Shown piece by piece: positions 48,247 to 58,707 of a stretch of 64,000 nt of DNA. Source of the stretch: Minisyncoccia bacterium (lineage in GTDB: Bacteria; Patescibacteriota; Minisyncoccia; Phycocordibacterales; UBA9973); NCBI GenBank assembly GCA_044229265.1, contig JBGATK010000002.1:15092-79091 (forward strand), written 5' to 3'. Every line of letters starts with the position of its first letter. Positions within the stretch are counted from its first letter, which is position 1. The position numbers and the translations under genes were made by a program. The notes below the pieces were generated by a model that was not told where the DNA came from, made no database searches, and saw nothing but the letters and a program-made list of their open reading frames with translations.

Positions 48247-50928
48247 TTATTTAGGAAAATACTTAGATACTAAGTTTGGGATAGATTCAGTCAGTCCAAA
48301 GAGAGAGCCGGAGGTGACTAGGGCTATTAGGTCTCCAAGCTTTAGAGTGTTTTTTAAAATTTCTAAGGCTTCGCCTTCATCTTTCGGCGCATATACATTT
48401 TCACCTTTATGCTCTTTTACTATTTTTACTATGTCTTCTTGACTCATTTGATTGTGAGTATTTGCTCCATGCCCTGGTGGGGGAAGTATGAGGACTATAT
48501 TTGATGAATCGAAAACGTCATTGTACCAAGCTTTTGCTTGTTCATTGCGCCAAGAAAATGTGTGCGGTTCGAATACTGTGATAAGTCTTTTATTTGGGTA
48601 GTGGAGCGAAAGTGCCTCGAAGACGGATTTAGCTTTTGCATATGAAGAGCCAAAGCCCTCGTACACGAGGACGCTAGACTTTGCAGGTTTTAGGTCGAGT
48701 CTGCCAGATAGGCCTTTAAAGTTCTTAATAGCTTTTTGGAGTTCTGCTACACTTACTAATTTTTTTTCAAGTACAAAAGCAGAGGCGCCGATAATGTTTT
48801 CGATATTATGCCGGCCAAGCATTGAAGTTTGAAGTGAAATTATTTTTTTATTTTTATTATACAAATCAAAAGTAGTATTCATGCTGTAAACAATATTTTT
48901 AACATGATAAGAATTTACTTCATGCATACCGTAATATACAACTTTACTCTTAGACTTTTTGGCAATACTCATTACATTTTTGCCATCTTTGCATGCTACA
49001 AGCAAACCGTCCTTTGGAAGTAATTTAACAAATTTTTCAAATGGTGCTATGTAGTTTTCCTCAGTAGGGAAGACATTTATGTGGTCATGCTCGCCAGAAG
49101 TTAATACTGCATTTGTCGGATTCATATATTGCATTTTAGAAGTACTATCCCAATTTGCTGATGGATATTCATCGCCTTCAAGGATAAAATTTTTACCTTT
49201 GCCTAGGAATGCATTTTGTTTGAAACCTAGAGGTACTGCTCCTATAAAATACGAAGGGTCCTTTTTAGCTTCTTTTAAAATGTGAGCGATAAGGGAAGTC
49301 ATTGTGCTTTTACCAAAGCTACCGACTACAACAGTATTTTCTTTGCCACCGAGTAAGTCCCCAATAGCTTCTGGGAGGGATTTGATAGGTATGCCTGAGG
49401 CGAAGGCTTGCTTTACTTCAGGATTTGTTTCTGGTACGAGTTTAGCGTGTTTACCGATGATTATAAAGTCTGCATCAGCGGGAATATTCTCCGTTTTGTG
49501 TGGAGTAGTGATTTTGATTTTATTTTTCTTGAGGAGTCCCGCCACTGGTTCATAAAATCCTTCGTCTGATCCAGACACAATGTAGCCTTTTTGCTTTAGC
49601 ATAATAGCCAAACCTGACATACCTTTGCCACAGATGCCTATAAGGTGAACTTTTCTACAGGTGTTGGACACCTGACCCAGGTGTCCAACACCTGTAGTCT
49701 TTCTTTCTTCGTATTTAGTTGCATAGTTTTGATAAAGTAAAACATCTTTGATGGCTAGCAAGGCTTCGCCAAACAATGTTTTTTCATATTTCTTTAAATC
49801 AACTTTCTCACCAAGTATCATATCTAGTGCGTGTAGTCCTAGGTGGCTGGAAAATCCACCTGTAGTCAGGGCACCAACTGGAGAATTCTTGATTATATTT
49901 TTAAAAACAGGGATTTTTGAAAATTTTTCTTTGTACTGTGGCAAGTATTCTACTTGAGCAAAACTTCCACAGCAGAGAAACTCATTCATAAATGCAAATA
50001 TTAAAAAACCTAGTGGTAAACCTATGCAAAGGGAATTCTTTTCAAGTTCATGAATTAAATTTTCTTTACTTAAGACTATTTTATTTTTATTGCTTTGTAG
50101 TGCGCCCATTTTCAAGTAGTAGTTTTCTATGCTAGGGTATTTCCCTTTACTTCGGCCGTAAAAAAATACTTCACCCTTGAATAAATCTTCGATTAAGGTA
50201 AGGTTTTGTTTTTCAAACAGTAGCTTTGTAATTGGATGTGAGATGTCTTTAAGGGCGAGTAGTAAATAATTCTTGGCTACTTCATTGAAGTCAAAGAATA
50301 CAGGGGAGCCGTGCAAAAAATTGCCTTCAATTTTTTGCACGGCTTTTATTGCCCACATAGTATAACTCTCTCCCGCGGTAGCTTTGGGTAAAAGCTTTTT
50401 AATTTTTGGGTCGAGATTCTCAATATTTTTGACCATGGCGGTGGGTATGGTGCTTTGATATACGAGGTCGTCTTGCAAGGCAGAAGGCACGAGGTTGATA
50501 TTGCCACTTTTCAGTAATAGGCGCCCTGGTCTAGTCTTATTTGAAAAAGGTAATCCAGAAAACATAGCGAGTAGATAAGGCTCATCTTTTTTTAGAGACA
50601 GGGAATGTAGATAGCTTATAAAAAAGAATCTAGGAGTTTGGGTTATTGCAGTGTGCCCAACACTCTGCAAGTTGCGATGAGTTTCAAGATACTTAAATAT
50701 TTTACTTTGCTTTGGTTTAGGGAGCCCAAGCCGAGAGAATTCTGTAGCAAGTGCTTTTATAAATATAGACTCAAGTGGCTTTGTTGGTTTAAAAGAATGA
50801 AGTTTCGCTGAGTATTCGAGCAGGGAAAGATCCCAATTTGCCTCAATGTGATTTGCCAAAAGTGTTTTACCAGAGTTTTTAAGCTCTAAAATCAGCGTCG
50901 CAAGCTCATTTTTAAGGATATTTTGCAT
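48247..50928 (-). CDS. Fusion of unknown ~410-aa N-terminal domain with MurC/Mpl-type peptide ligase
   Basis: C-terminal half: HLIGICG.GM..LA, GS.GKST, EGDEY, EHDH, G.HN.EN, FEPHT.S. Confidence 0.85.
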   Translation of the reverse strand: MQNILKNELATLILELKNSGKTLLANHIEANWDLSLLEYSAKLHSFKPTKPLESIFIKALATEFSRLGLPKPKQSKIFKYLETHRNLQSVGHTAITQTPRFFFISYLHSLSLKKDEPYLLAMFSGLPFSNKTRPGRLLLKSGNINLVPSALQDDLVYQSTIPTAMVKNIENLDPKIKKLLPKATAGESYTMWAIKAVQKIEGNFLHGSPVFFDFNEVAKNYLLLALKDISHPITKLLFEKQNLTLIEDLFKGEVFFYGRSKGKYPSIENYYLKMGALQSNKNKIVLSKENLIHELEKNSLCIGLPLGFLIFAFMNEFLCCGSFAQVEYLPQYKEKFSKIPVFKNIIKNSPVGALTTGGFSSHLGLHALDMILGEKVDLKKYEKTLFGEALLAIKDVLLYQNYATKYEERKTTGVGHLGQVSNTCRKVHLIGICGKGMSGLAIMLKQKGYIVSGSDEGFYEPVAGLLKKNKIKITTPHKTENIPADADFIIIGKHAKLVPETNPEVKQAFASGIPIKSLPEAIGDLLGGKENTVVVGSFGKSTMTSLIAHILKEAKKDPSYFIGAVPLGFKQNAFLGKGKNFILEGDEYPSANWDSTSKMQYMNPTNAVLTSGEHDHINVFPTEENYIAPFEKFVKLLPKDGLLVACKDGKNVMSIAKKSKSKVVYYGMHEVNSYHVKNIVYSMNTTFDLYNKNKKIISLQTSMLGRHNIENIIGASAFVLEKKLVSVAELQKAIKNFKGLSGRLDLKPAKSSVLVYEGFGSSYAKAKSVFEALSLHYPNKRLITVFEPHTFSWRNEQAKAWYNDVFDSSNIVLILPPPGHGANTHNQMSQEDIVKIVKEHKGENVYAPKDEGEALEILKNTLKLGDLIALVTSGSLFGLTESIPNLVSKYFPK
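49655..49697. repeat. Perfect palindromic REP doublet inside the coding sequence
   Basis: CTACAGGTGTTGGACACCTG-ACC-CAGGTGTCCAACACCTGTAG; each arm is itself a hairpin. Confidence 0.9.
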
Positions 50929-51266
50929 TACTTTATACTACTTCTAAATGAGGTTTTTAGCAAATAGTCTTTTTGTTATCCACATAAGAAAATTAAGCAA
51001 TTTATATAGATATTAGTCAAGTCAGTATTGTGAAAATAACCTTATTTTACAAGCTATTTTTGATTTGACAACTCAAAAAAATATGGCATAACTATTGACT
51101 TTTAGGTTCCAATATGCTATCATGTTAGTAAGTCGTTAAGTTATATGCCTAAATTCATTTTAAGCTTATAAATTAAGGGCTTTTTAATTCCGACGTAAAG
51201 TCGGAACCCCTGACCAGAGCGTCGGGGTTTACAGTCTTGAAGTTGGTGAAGCTAAATCACCGTGTT

Positions 51267-51911
51267 ATGCAAAAAAACATAAGTATGCGTTTCGTGAATT
51301 CTCTTTTACTACTACCTTTGGTTACATTATCTGTACCCACCGGTACCATAGAAAAGAGCGACATCGCAGTCGAAAAGAGTTCCCAAATAGCATATACCGA
51401 AAAATTAAATATTCCTTCATTAGGTTTCTTTTCTGATAATATAGAAGAAAAATCTGAAGAAGAAAAAATATTAGAAATAAAAGCAGCCGCGATCGACAAA
51501 TACTTTGCTGATCGCTCTCTCCCACTAGAAGGGTATGGTCGAAAAATGGTTCTAGAAGCAGAAGAAAATGACATTGATTGGCGTTTACTTCCTGCAATAG
51601 CTATGCGTGAATCTACTGGCGGAAAGTTTGCCTGTGGAAATAAGCTTTCATCAGAATGGAACCCTTGGGGTTGGAATTCATGTAAAGGTAAAGGATTTTC
51701 TTCGATGGAAGAATCTATAGAAAAAATGGCACAGCATTTGGGCGGTAATCATCCAAAGACAAAGCAGTGGTACGCAGATAAGACAACAGTTCAAATTTTG
51801 CGTACATATAATCCTCCTAGTGTCGTAGCCAAGTATGCAGACCAAGTTGTAAAGATTATGAATACAATTGGTGAGCAAAATATAGAAATAAAAGAAATTA
51901 AAAATTCTTAA
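51267..51911 (+). CDS. Secreted lysozyme-fold cell-wall hydrolase-like protein
   Basis: Signal/anchor; IDWRLLPAIA..ES.GGK, N.WGW, YNPP....YA..V..IM. Confidence 0.7.
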   Translation: MQKNISMRFVNSLLLLPLVTLSVPTGTIEKSDIAVEKSSQIAYTEKLNIPSLGFFSDNIEEKSEEEKILEIKAAAIDKYFADRSLPLEGYGRKMVLEAEENDIDWRLLPAIAMRESTGGKFACGNKLSSEWNPWGWNSCKGKGFSSMEESIEKMAQHLGGNHPKTKQWYADKTTVQILRTYNPPSVVAKYADQVVKIMNTIGEQNIEIKEIKNS

Positions 51912-51956
51912 AATAAAAAACCTCTCATACTTGAGAGGTTTTTTATTTATTCTTTT

Positions 51957-53063
51957 TTATTTATTGTCTACTAGGTAAGCCAATGTCATTTTGTGTTCTT
52001 TTGGTTCAAAAAGCGTAATTTGGAAGTTGTAGTTCTTTCCAAGTTCGAGTGCTTCACGTAGTTTTGAATCTCCACCTAAAGTAGAATTATGAACTAGTCC
52101 CGCTACACCTTCTTTTATAGCTACTAATGCACCGTGTTTATTGTATTTGATAACAACACCTTTTATAATATCACCTTTTTTAAGTTTACCTTCAAATTCT
52201 TTCCAAGGATTTTCCTTTAGAGCTTTGATAGAAAGAGAAATTTTACCATCTTTTATTTCGATAACTTTTGCTTTTACGTTTTCTCCAACTTTAAACATAG
52301 TTCGAGGGTCTTCTACTAGACCCCAGTCGAGCTCTGATATGTGAACTAATCCTTCCAAACCATCTTCGAGTTTAAGGAATACTCCGAAATCAACAATACC
52401 AGCTACTTCACATGAAATTTCATCGCCTAGATTGTATTTACTTAAAATTTCTTTCTTTTCTTCCGGATTGTTATCTTTTTCAGAGAAGATGAGTTTGCCT
52501 TCTTTTGGTAGTGTGGAAATAATCATAACTGAAATTTTCTCACCTATAAGTTTTTTGAGTTCTTTCAAGATTTTATCTTTATCAGAATCCATTACACGAG
52601 GGTAATGGTCAGCCTTTAGTTGAGAAGCAGGCAAAAACCCTTGTAAACCTTGCCAATCTAGGATGAGTCCGCCTTTATTTGCTTCTTTAACTTCTAGAAG
52701 AAAAACAGCTTTTGCTTTTATTGCTCGTTCTGCTTCACTCCAAGTGAGTGCAGCTTTTGCTTCTTTTAGAGATAGTTCAGTATAACCATCTGCATTTTCT
52801 GTTTCTACAACTTTTGCTTTGATGATATCACCAAGATTTATTTTCTTGATTATGTCTTTTGCATTTATAAATTCACGTCCGTAAATGATACCTGTACCAA
52901 AAGGTGATAGGTCAACATAAACTGATGATTTTAAAACAGAAATAACAGGACCTTCGACTATCGAGTCTACTTCCGGTTTGTTTTGACTTCTGTCAGCTAT
53001 TGATTTTAAGACAGGATTTTCATTTATCTCTATCTCTTCATTTTTAATTTCGTCTTTTTTCAT
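51957..53063 (-). CDS. rpsA: 30S ribosomal protein S1 (four S1 domains)
   Basis: NKGGL...GFLPASQL; DFGVF...EGLVHISEL.W; ISLSIK.L..NPW. Confidence 0.93.
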   Translation of the reverse strand: MKKDEIKNEEIEINENPVLKSIADRSQNKPEVDSIVEGPVISVLKSSVYVDLSPFGTGIIYGREFINAKDIIKKINLGDIIKAKVVETENADGYTELSLKEAKAALTWSEAERAIKAKAVFLLEVKEANKGGLILDWQGLQGFLPASQLKADHYPRVMDSDKDKILKELKKLIGEKISVMIISTLPKEGKLIFSEKDNNPEEKKEILSKYNLGDEISCEVAGIVDFGVFLKLEDGLEGLVHISELDWGLVEDPRTMFKVGENVKAKVIEIKDGKISLSIKALKENPWKEFEGKLKKGDIIKGVVIKYNKHGALVAIKEGVAGLVHNSTLGGDSKLREALELGKNYNFQITLFEPKEHKMTLAYLVDNK

Positions 53064-53321
53064 AAATTTTTAACTTAAATAAAAATATCCACTATGTATA
53101 AAACATAAGTGGATTTGAGGTTTTAGGTGCTATTTACACTCTTTCGAGCTTCATAGTGTTAGCCTAAATCCATACTTATAAATATATTTAAGTTGTATAA
53201 CCATACTACTATAATATGTGGAAAATGCAAGCCCATACACTTATTTATAAGTGTATGGGCAAGTATTTTTCTATTATTTAATGTTTTGTTTTTAATTTGT
53301 ATTCTGCTATAATAGACCATA

Positions 53322-53954
53322 ATGATAATTACATATTACGGAAAACAATTTTTTAAGATTCAGCAAGGGGAAATGGTGCTCGCTTTTAATCCTGTTTCCA
53401 AGAATTCTAAAACAGGTATTAGTGCAAAATTTGGAGCAGATATTGCTTTTTCAACAACTAACCATGCAGATTACAATGGATTTGAACAAGTAAATCACGG
53501 TGATCGTATACCATTTTCTATAGTTGGCCCTGGTGATTACGAAGTAAAAGAAATTTTTATTAAAGGATCTCTTTCAGAAGCAAATATTGATGGTAAAAAA
53601 TACATAAATACTATTTACTCACTTACTGTCGATGGTATTCGTATTGTTTTTTTAGGTGCTCTTTCGAATGCAGATTTGTCCAAAGAAGCTAAAGAAGACA
53701 TAAATGAACCAGACATACTTTTTATACCTGCTCAAGGTGAGGGTGGCAATGTGCTTAAAGCTGTGGATTCAGCAAAGCTTGCTTCAAGTTTGGAGCCAAA
53801 GCTGGTAATACCGATGGATTACACTGAAAGTTCACTTAAAATTTTTCTAAAAGAAATGGGCGAAGAAAAAGTAGAAAAAGTGGATAAATTAACATTAAAA
53901 AGAAAAGATTTAGATGGCAAAGAAGGAGAAGTTATGGTTTTAGAAGCAATATAA
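53322..53954 (+). CDS. Metallo-beta-lactamase-fold protein with eroded metal ligands
   Basis: ITYYG..FFKI, ADI....H.DY, GPGDYEV, DILFIP, PK.VIPM. Confidence 0.75.
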   Translation: MIITYYGKQFFKIQQGEMVLAFNPVSKNSKTGISAKFGADIAFSTTNHADYNGFEQVNHGDRIPFSIVGPGDYEVKEIFIKGSLSEANIDGKKYINTIYSLTVDGIRIVFLGALSNADLSKEAKEDINEPDILFIPAQGEGGNVLKAVDSAKLASSLEPKLVIPMDYTESSLKIFLKEMGEEKVEKVDKLTLKRKDLDGKEGEVMVLEAI

Positions 53955-53957
53955 AAT

Positions 53958-54182
53958 ATGTTAAATATTATTGAAAATTTAAAAAAAGAACCGGAACATG
54001 TAAGAAAGAAAATTTTGCATTTAGTGCTTATAATTTTCGCAATTATTTTGATTCTACTTTGGGGTTTGGTTTTAAAATCGAGATTTTCGAGTCAAGAGTT
54101 TAGTGATAGTTTAAAAGAAGATACAAAACCTTTCAATACACTTACAGATGGTTTGAGTAATAATTTAAGTACAGAAAATTAA
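53958..54182 (+). CDS. Small single-TM protein
   Basis: IE.L...PEH.RK.I + TM helix; co-oriented with gyrA. Confidence 0.65.
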   Translation: MLNIIENLKKEPEHVRKKILHLVLIIFAIILILLWGLVLKSRFSSQEFSDSLKEDTKPFNTLTDGLSNNLSTEN

Positions 54183-54193
54183 TTTAAAATTTT

Positions 54194-56653
54194 ATGGCAA
54201 AAAAAGATATACAAGAAAATCCAGAAATAAAACGTGAATCTATATTACCTATAGATATAGTCAAAGAAATGAAAGACTCATATTTGGCATATTCGATGTC
54301 TGTGATTACTTCGAGAGCACTACCAGATGTTCGAGATGGATTAAAACCAGTGCACCGTCGTATTCTCTATGCAATGCATGAAATGGGTCTCACTGCATCA
54401 GCTCGCTTCCGTAAATCTGCAGCAGTTGTGGGTGATGTTTTGGGTAAATACCATCCACATGGTGATGTCGCAGTGTATGACTCTATGGTTGGTATGGCAC
54501 AAGAATTCTCATTTCGTTATCCATTTATACTAGGTCAAGGTAACTTTGGCTCTATCGATGGCGACAATGCTGCAGCTATGCGTTATACAGAAGCAAAAAT
54601 GTCCAAAGTCTCAGGTGAGCTCCTCCGAGATTTAGAAAAAGAAACTGTAGATTTTAGACCAAATTATGATCAAACTCGTAAAGAGCCAATAGTTTTACCA
54701 GCTGCTGTGCCCGCACTTCTTCTAAATGGCACTCTCGGTATTGCTGTTGGAATGGCGACAAATATTCCTTCACATAATTTAGGTGAAGTTTTAGACGCTA
54801 CAAATCATCTCATAGATAATCCTGACGCTACTACTGAAGACTTGATGCAATTTGTAAAAGGTCCTGATTTTCCGACCGGAGGTATTGCTTATGGTTATAA
54901 AGATATGCTTCATGCTTATTCATCGGGCCGTGGTGGTGTAGTGTGCAGAGGTGAAGCGGAAATAGTAGAACAAAAAGGAGGTCAATTCCAAATTATTATT
55001 ACTTCTATTCCTTTTCGAGTTAATAAAGCAAATCTGATTACTTCGATAGCTGAGCTAGTTCAAGAAAAAAAATTAGATGGTATTAAAGGTCTTCGTGATG
55101 AATCTACCAGAGATATTAGAATTGTAATTGATATAAAAAATGGAGCTTATCCAGAAAAAATATTAAATTATATTTACAAAAATACTCAACTCGAACAAAA
55201 TTTTAATTTTAATGTAGTCGCATTAGTTGATGGTGTTCCTCAAACTTTATCACTTAAATCTATCCTTTCGAATTTCATTGAGCACAGGAAGGTCGTGGTT
55301 CGTCGTCGAAGTGAATATGACTTGCGTAAGGCCGAGGACAGAGAGCACATATTGCTTGGTCTTAAAAAAGCACTTGATTTTATCGATAAAGTTATTAAAA
55401 CTATTCGCGCGAGTAAAGATGGTGCATCAGCAAAGCTCGCCCTCATGAAAGAATTTAAATTTTCAGACTTGCAAGCAGCAGCTATTCTAGAAATGAAACT
55501 CCAAAAACTCGCTGGACTAGAAAGAAAACTTATAGAAGAAGAGTTAAAAGAAAAGCAAGATTTTATTAAAGAAATGAAAGAACTTTTATCTAATCCTAAA
55601 AAAATGCTTAAAGTTATTTCAACAGAAATTACTGAAATTCGTGAAAAATATGCTGATGAACGTCGCACAAAAATAATAAAAGGTGGTGTCAAAGAAATGT
55701 CTGATGAAGACATGATTGCCGATAAAGAAACAGTATTAGTCTACACCCAAGGTGGTTATATCAAACGTACTGATCCAGATGAATATCGAGCACAAAAACG
55801 TGGAGGTGTAGGAGTTATAGATCTTGAAACCAAAGAAGAAGATTTTATCACTATGCTTATTTCTGGTACTACTCACAATGATTTACTCTTTTTGACAAAT
55901 ATGGGCAAGGCATATCAAATAAAAATGTATGATATTCCAGAAGGTCGTCGTGCTACAAAAGGTAAGTCGATTATGAATTTCTTGTCTTTAAATGGTGATG
56001 AAAAAGTAAATTCTGTCATAACTATGCCTAAAGAGCTAAAGAAGACAACTATATCTCTCATGCTTGTTACTAAAGCCGGAACTGCTAAAAAAATGTCTGG
56101 TGAGAGTTTTAAAGACGTTCGCCGTAGTGGTATTATCGCAATTAAGCTCGACAAGGGTGATGAACTCGTCTCAGCACTTCTAGTAGAAAAAGGTGATGAG
56201 GTAATGATAGCAACAAGTAAAGGTCAATCTATAAGATTTAAAGAATCTGATATTCGAGAAATGGGCCGTACTGCTGGTGGAGTTCGTGGTATGAAACTAG
56301 GCCGTGGTGATAGTGTTATTTCTGTAGATGTAATTAAAAAAGAAAAGAAAGATGGATTTTTCCTAACCATGAGCGCAAATGGTCTTGGTAAAAAAACTGC
56401 ACTTAAAGAATACAAAGTCCAAAATCGTGGAGGATCTGGTATTAAAACTGCAAAAATCACTCCAAAAACAGGCGAGCTAATTGTGGGAAGAGTCCTCTCG
56501 GGCGATGAAGAAGAAGTTATAGCCATGAGTAAAAAAGGCCAAGTTATCCGCACTGCACTTAAAGACATTTCTAATCTCGGTCGCCAAACTCAAGGAGTTT
56601 CTATTATGAAACTTCGCGCAGGAGACGGCATCGCATCTATTACTTGTATTTAA
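54194..56653 (+). CDS. gyrA: DNA gyrase subunit A
   Basis: [30 protein letters not shown] (catalytic Tyr), GyrA box QKRGGVG. Confidence 0.98.
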   Translation: MAKKDIQENPEIKRESILPIDIVKEMKDSYLAYSMSVITSRALPDVRDGLKPVHRRILYAMHEMGLTASARFRKSAAVVGDVLGKYHPHGDVAVYDSMVGMAQEFSFRYPFILGQGNFGSIDGDNAAAMRYTEAKMSKVSGELLRDLEKETVDFRPNYDQTRKEPIVLPAAVPALLLNGTLGIAVGMATNIPSHNLGEVLDATNHLIDNPDATTEDLMQFVKGPDFPTGGIAYGYKDMLHAYSSGRGGVVCRGEAEIVEQKGGQFQIIITSIPFRVNKANLITSIAELVQEKKLDGIKGLRDESTRDIRIVIDIKNGAYPEKILNYIYKNTQLEQNFNFNVVALVDGVPQTLSLKSILSNFIEHRKVVVRRRSEYDLRKAEDREHILLGLKKALDFIDKVIKTIRASKDGASAKLALMKEFKFSDLQAAAILEMKLQKLAGLERKLIEEELKEKQDFIKEMKELLSNPKKMLKVISTEITEIREKYADERRTKIIKGGVKEMSDEDMIADKETVLVYTQGGYIKRTDPDEYRAQKRGGVGVIDLETKEEDFITMLISGTTHNDLLFLTNMGKAYQIKMYDIPEGRRATKGKSIMNFLSLNGDEKVNSVITMPKELKKTTISLMLVTKAGTAKKMSGESFKDVRRSGIIAIKLDKGDELVSALLVEKGDEVMIATSKGQSIRFKESDIREMGRTAGGVRGMKLGRGDSVISVDVIKKEKKDGFFLTMSANGLGKKTALKEYKVQNRGGSGIKTAKITPKTGELIVGRVLSGDEEEVIAMSKKGQVIRTALKDISNLGRQTQGVSIMKLRAGDGIASITCI

Positions 56654-56667
56654 AATAAATGTCAAAG

Positions 56668-56688
56668 TGTCAAAGGGCATCTTTGACA
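56668..56688. repeat. RAYT-flanking palindrome copy 1, overlapping the transposase stop codon
   Basis: TGTCAAAGGGCATCTTTGACA. Confidence 0.9.
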
Positions 56689-57296
56689 TTAAATAATAAA
56701 GTTTGTTTTATAAGATTTTCTTTGCCTTCGAATAATTCTATAAAGAATTTTTTTTCTAGGATTGGTAAATCCTCGTTTGTTTTATAAAAATTATAACTGC
56801 TCCATCTATAATTTTCAGGCTTTTTAATAAGGCCATCTTTTACTGCATTCATATGTATATAAGCACTGGTCCACATTATTTGTGAATTTGATTCCATGCA
56901 TACTGCTTTAAATTGATCTTGAAAAACATGGCCCACACGATTGTATTTTTTATTATAATATTTTGAATAACTGGTTATTATTTTATGAATAAACTTAGAA
57001 ATAGAATAATCACTATTTTGTTCTATTAATAAATGGAAATGATTTTGCATTAAAGTAAATGCATGTATTTTAATTTTATTTTTTTCTGAGCCAATAATCC
57101 TGATACGTGAATAGGGCATATTAAAAATCGAATGATTTAATTCTTTAATTTCAAAACCAAGAGCCAGTCCAAGACGAAATAAAAAAGCTCGATAGTCTTG
57201 ATCATCTAAATATATTTTTTCCTTATTATTGCCACGATTATAAATATGGTAAAAATTTCCTTTTTCAAATTTTTTATAATCTCTGTTGTTTGCCAT
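56670..57296 (-). mobile_element. REP-associated tyrosine (HUH Y1) transposase, RAYT
   Basis: YHIYNRGNNK..I..D..DY, M.NHFHLL (HUH), Y.N.KY.R.G.VFQ..FK, YIH.N, Y.WSSY; start placed at MANNRD. Confidence 0.9.
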
Positions 57297-57310
57297 ATTA
57301 TTTATATTAA

Positions 57311-57331
57311 TGTCAAAGATGCCCTTTGACA
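57311..57331. repeat. RAYT-flanking palindrome copy 2
   Basis: TGTCAAAGATGCCCTTTGACA, inverted relative to copy 1. Confidence 0.9.
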
Positions 57332-57386
57332 TTAATATTTTATCAAATTCACAATAATAATCAGTATTTAAATGTGGAAAACTGTG

Positions 57387-57407
57387 TGTCAAAGATGCCC
57401 TTTGACA
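57387..57407. repeat. RAYT-flanking palindrome copy 3
   Basis: TGTCAAAGATGCCCTTTGACA. Confidence 0.9.
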
Positions 57408-57512
57408 TATATATTTGACATTTAATTGAGATAAATGGTTGATTTATTTATATGATTATTAGATAATTTTTGGGAGACATTTTTTGCTTTTTTAAAATTA
57501 AAACTATTTCAG

Positions 57513-58106
57513 ATGAAAAAAATAATTTTTCTTGTTTTTATTTACTGTATTTTTTTTATACGTGTTTTCTCTCAAGAAATTGTTGTTAAAATTAATAAAA
57601 TTTCAAAAAACACTTATTTACTTGATATTAGAATCGATACAATTTTAGAAGGATTTCGTTTAGACAACGAAAATTCTTATGTATCAATTGTGGATCAGGA
57701 TTCTATTGATTTGGGTAATTATGAAATATTCCATTTTGATAATTTCGGACGTATTTTACAGGAATTTATAGATAAAAATTCTGAACAAGTAAAATTTATA
57801 CGTTTGAATTTAATTTTTTTAGATAAGCTTACTGGTGCAAAGAAACACGATTCTTTTTACTATGAACTTTATGTCAAAGAAAAAAGATTCTTAGTAGATA
57901 AGGATTTTTTAGAGAATAAAGAGCTTAAGGTCTATTTCAATGACAATATGCTCTCTCGAGCATTGATTTGGAATTGTGAGGGAAAACTTGTTTCTGCGCT
58001 TGATATTTATTCTGGTGTATCCGAAAAAATCGATTTTTTGCATTTTGGAGTCTATTTTTTAACTTTGACTGGTTTTGACAATACAGAAAAAATATTAATT
58101 AGATAA
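57513..58106 (+). CDS. Secreted ORFan with C-terminal segment resembling a T9SS type A sorting domain
   Basis: MKK signal peptide ending VFS-Q; C-terminus IWNCEGKLV...IDFLHFGVYFLTL...KILIR. Confidence 0.55.
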   Translation: MKKIIFLVFIYCIFFIRVFSQEIVVKINKISKNTYLLDIRIDTILEGFRLDNENSYVSIVDQDSIDLGNYEIFHFDNFGRILQEFIDKNSEQVKFIRLNLIFLDKLTGAKKHDSFYYELYVKEKRFLVDKDFLENKELKVYFNDNMLSRALIWNCEGKLVSALDIYSGVSEKIDFLHFGVYFLTLTGFDNTEKILIR

Positions 58107-58178
58107 TTTGAATGATTTCTATCATCAATGCCTGTAGAGATTTACTTGCAGGCATTTTTTGTAGTATAATTTATTGTA

Positions 58179-58706
58179 ATGTTTGTCGAACCGGTAAAAA
58201 TTTTAAAAACCTTTGGTGTCCATGAGAATATGGTAGTCGCTGACCTCGGAGCAGGAAGTGGTTTTTATACATTACCACTAGCTCAAATGGCTGTGGGTGG
58301 CAAAGTCTATGCTATAGAAATACAAAAAGATTTCTTACTTACTATTAGAAATAAAGTTAAAGAATATAAATTAGACAATGTAGAATGTCTTTGGGGAAAT
58401 ATTGAAATAAAAGGCGGAACAAGACTAGGGGATAATGTGGCTGATAGAGTAGTGGTTTCCAATGTTTTTTTTCAAGTAGAACATAAAGAGAAATTTTTAG
58501 ACGAAGTGTATAGAATAATAAAGCCAAGTGGCAAAGTTTTACTGATAGATTGGCATGATGCTGATAGTCCACTTGCTCCAAAAGGTAATGCCTTGGTACC
58601 TGAAGAAAAAGCGCGTAGTTTTTTTGAACAAAAAGGTTTTCTTTTTGAGAAAAATGTGGATGCAGGTGATCATCATTATGGTATGATATTTAAAGTAAAA
58701 AAATAA
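58179..58706 (+). CDS. Class I SAM-dependent methyltransferase
   Basis: VADLGAGSG, VYAIEI, KPSGKVLLIDW. Confidence 0.9.
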   Translation: MFVEPVKILKTFGVHENMVVADLGAGSGFYTLPLAQMAVGGKVYAIEIQKDFLLTIRNKVKEYKLDNVECLWGNIEIKGGTRLGDNVADRVVVSNVFFQVEHKEKFLDEVYRIIKPSGKVLLIDWHDADSPLAPKGNALVPEEKARSFFEQKGFLFEKNVDAGDHHYGMIFKVKK

Positions 58707-58707
58707 C

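Noticed and set aside
57297-57392. N-terminal extension of the transposase in the ORF track
   Set aside because: It runs through the REP palindromes; MANNRD at 57296 is the more plausible start.
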